NCBI GenBank assembly: GCA_964035545.1
Contig: OZ037771.1
Coordinates: 11,536,480-11,600,479 of the forward strand
DNA from: Bugula neritina
Taxonomy: Eukaryota > Animalia > Bryozoa
Length of the DNA: 64,000 bases
Direction: 5' to 3'
A program made the position numbers and the translations under genes. Position 1 is the first letter of the stretch. Each line of letters begins with the position of its first letter. Of this stretch, positions 62,305 through 64,000 are shown piece after piece. A model generated the notes under the pieces. That model saw only the letters and a program-made list of their open reading frames with translations, ran no database searches and had not been told where the DNA came from.

Positions 62305-63881
62305 ATGAAGGTTCTGGGCCTGGAGTTTGCTCCTCTCTTTATATCTACCAGGAGGAGACTACAGACAGTAGCTGTGATGCAGGCAGTGGCTACATTCCTA
62401 TGTGGTGGTGTACTCTGTACTGCTCTGTTGATATCTTTACTCTTCACCAGGTAACTGTTTTCTCTTTAGTATACCTGCCTTAACTCTCAGTGTCAATAGT
62501 CAATAAATATATCTTATGTTATGCTAGTACTAGCTTCATTGCTCACCATATTGCAGGGTATTTTCATTTCAAACTAGAAAATAACCACATATATATATTT
62601 CTTCATTATACGATGTGGTGTCTCCTATTATAACTACATGCATATAATTGCAAAGTATTCAGCATGTTTAATAACCTGGTAACTAAATCATCATTTGTAT
62701 TTTGCTATTTGTCAAAGATTCCTCAATTGGAGAAGTTTTTAACGAATGTTGTTAAACTGATTAAAGTTACCTGGTGAGCCATCTTTGTGTAGACTGTAGT
62801 ATGATATGATTCCCAGCACCTCTGACTGGCGACAGTGAATATATGTTGGATAACCTAGAGTTACACATATAATTTAGTGAACTACATTGAAATTTATTAG
62901 TATGAAGAAACAATTAGACTTGCTGTATTACATAACACCAGCACTGTGATAAAAAGAAAAGACAACTCTATTAATACTTTAAGCAAGTTTTGTGTAACAG
63001 CTGTGTTACTTTTGCCTAGTGTGTGTGGATACTAACTAGCAACAGTTTTGCTTAATGTGTTTGGTCTCTAATGACGACTTAGTATATTTTTAAATGTAAG
63101 AAAATGGTTATAATTTTAGACTATGGTCCTTGGTGATCATATATGCCGTGTGGTTCATATATGACAGAAATACTCCTCATTCTGGTGGAAGACGACTCCC
63201 AGCTATGAGGCAATCAAACCTGTGGACATATTTTAGAGACTTTTTTCCCCTAAAGCTAGTAAAAACTAGTGACTTGGATCCAAACAAGAATTACTTATTT
63301 GCGTGTCATCCCCATGGAGTACTATGTGTCAGCCATTTTGGAAACTTTGCTACTGAGGCTACAGGATTTAGTAAACTCTTTCCTGGAATCGATCCTCACC
63401 TGATTGTCCTGGATGGACATTTCCAGTTCCCTTTGTACAGAGACTACATCATGGGATATGGTATAGTATGATTTACTGTGGCTGCTCATAAAAACATTAG
63501 AATAATAATATTCTTGTCTTAAAGCACATCCTAAAAAGTACGAGACTAAAAAAGTAGAGAAATCCTAATATTTCGACATATTTTCCATAAAATAAGTATA
63601 TTTAGGAAAGCCATAAGATAGTCATTATGATTATTAACTGCTAGGAGTTATCATTACTCTGTCTAATGCATACTGGGAGTTTCTTTACTATGCATGCTCT
63701 ATCTAGGCATCTGTGGCTGTAACAAGAATAGTCTAGAATACATCCTCCAGTCGAAAGGTCAAGGTAACGCTGCCTGCCTTGCTGTGGGCGGAGCTCTTGA
63801 AGCTCTAGAAGCACATCCTGCTCATTTTACTCTTAACCTAGCTCACAAGAAAGGCTTCATCAAAAGTGCAATTAGGACAGG
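62305..63881 (+). CDS. DGAT2/MOGAT-family acyltransferase, first three coding exons (continues beyond window)
   Basis: Exons 62305-62450, 63120-63460, 63707-63881. Motifs EFAPL..RRRLQT, GGRR, YFRDFFP, HPHG, NFATEATGFSKLFPGI, VGGALEAL, KGFIK. Confidence 0.95.
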
Positions 63882-64000
63882 GTGAGACAAATCCTAATCA
63901 TTGTTAAATATTGATATATGAAGGTGTTTAAGTAGATTACACTATTGATACAATAGAGTCAATACTCAAATACAAAGCAATGTGAATACTTTCAACCATA

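Overview
AT-rich, intron-rich animal genomic DNA. The protocadherin tail and gene content point to a lophotrochozoan invertebrate, possibly a bryozoan, but that is inference. Left to right: (1) the last 14 exons of a very large multi-EF-hand gene (+) built from a repeating 5-exon cassette; (2) two tandem 5-exon paralogues (+) encoding 156-aa secreted proteins with 14 Cys and many Met, of no family I recognise; (3) a 20-exon, 7-cadherin-repeat protocadherin (-) whose introns hold minisatellites, a hAT MITE and a 2.9-kb ISL2EU-like element with ~0.9-kb inverted arms; (4) an AT-rich gap with a probable solo LTR; (5) a 7.5-kb Ty3/Gypsy element (-) with identical 305-bp LTRs, ATAT TSD, tRNA-Leu PBS, gag/-1/pol and a third ORF; (6) a RING-Bbox-Bbox-coiled-coil-propeller (TRIM-NHL-like) gene (-) whose stop codon lies 4 bp from the LTR; (7) the 5' part of a DGAT2/MOGAT-family gene (+). 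The best candidate for a new system is the Gypsy third ORF. It sits in the env position, has no ATG of its own near the start, can be reached through phase-matched splice sites, and encodes a zinc-finger/Arg-Ser-Pro/coiled-coil protein. All exon models were read by hand from the sequence without transcript evidence.
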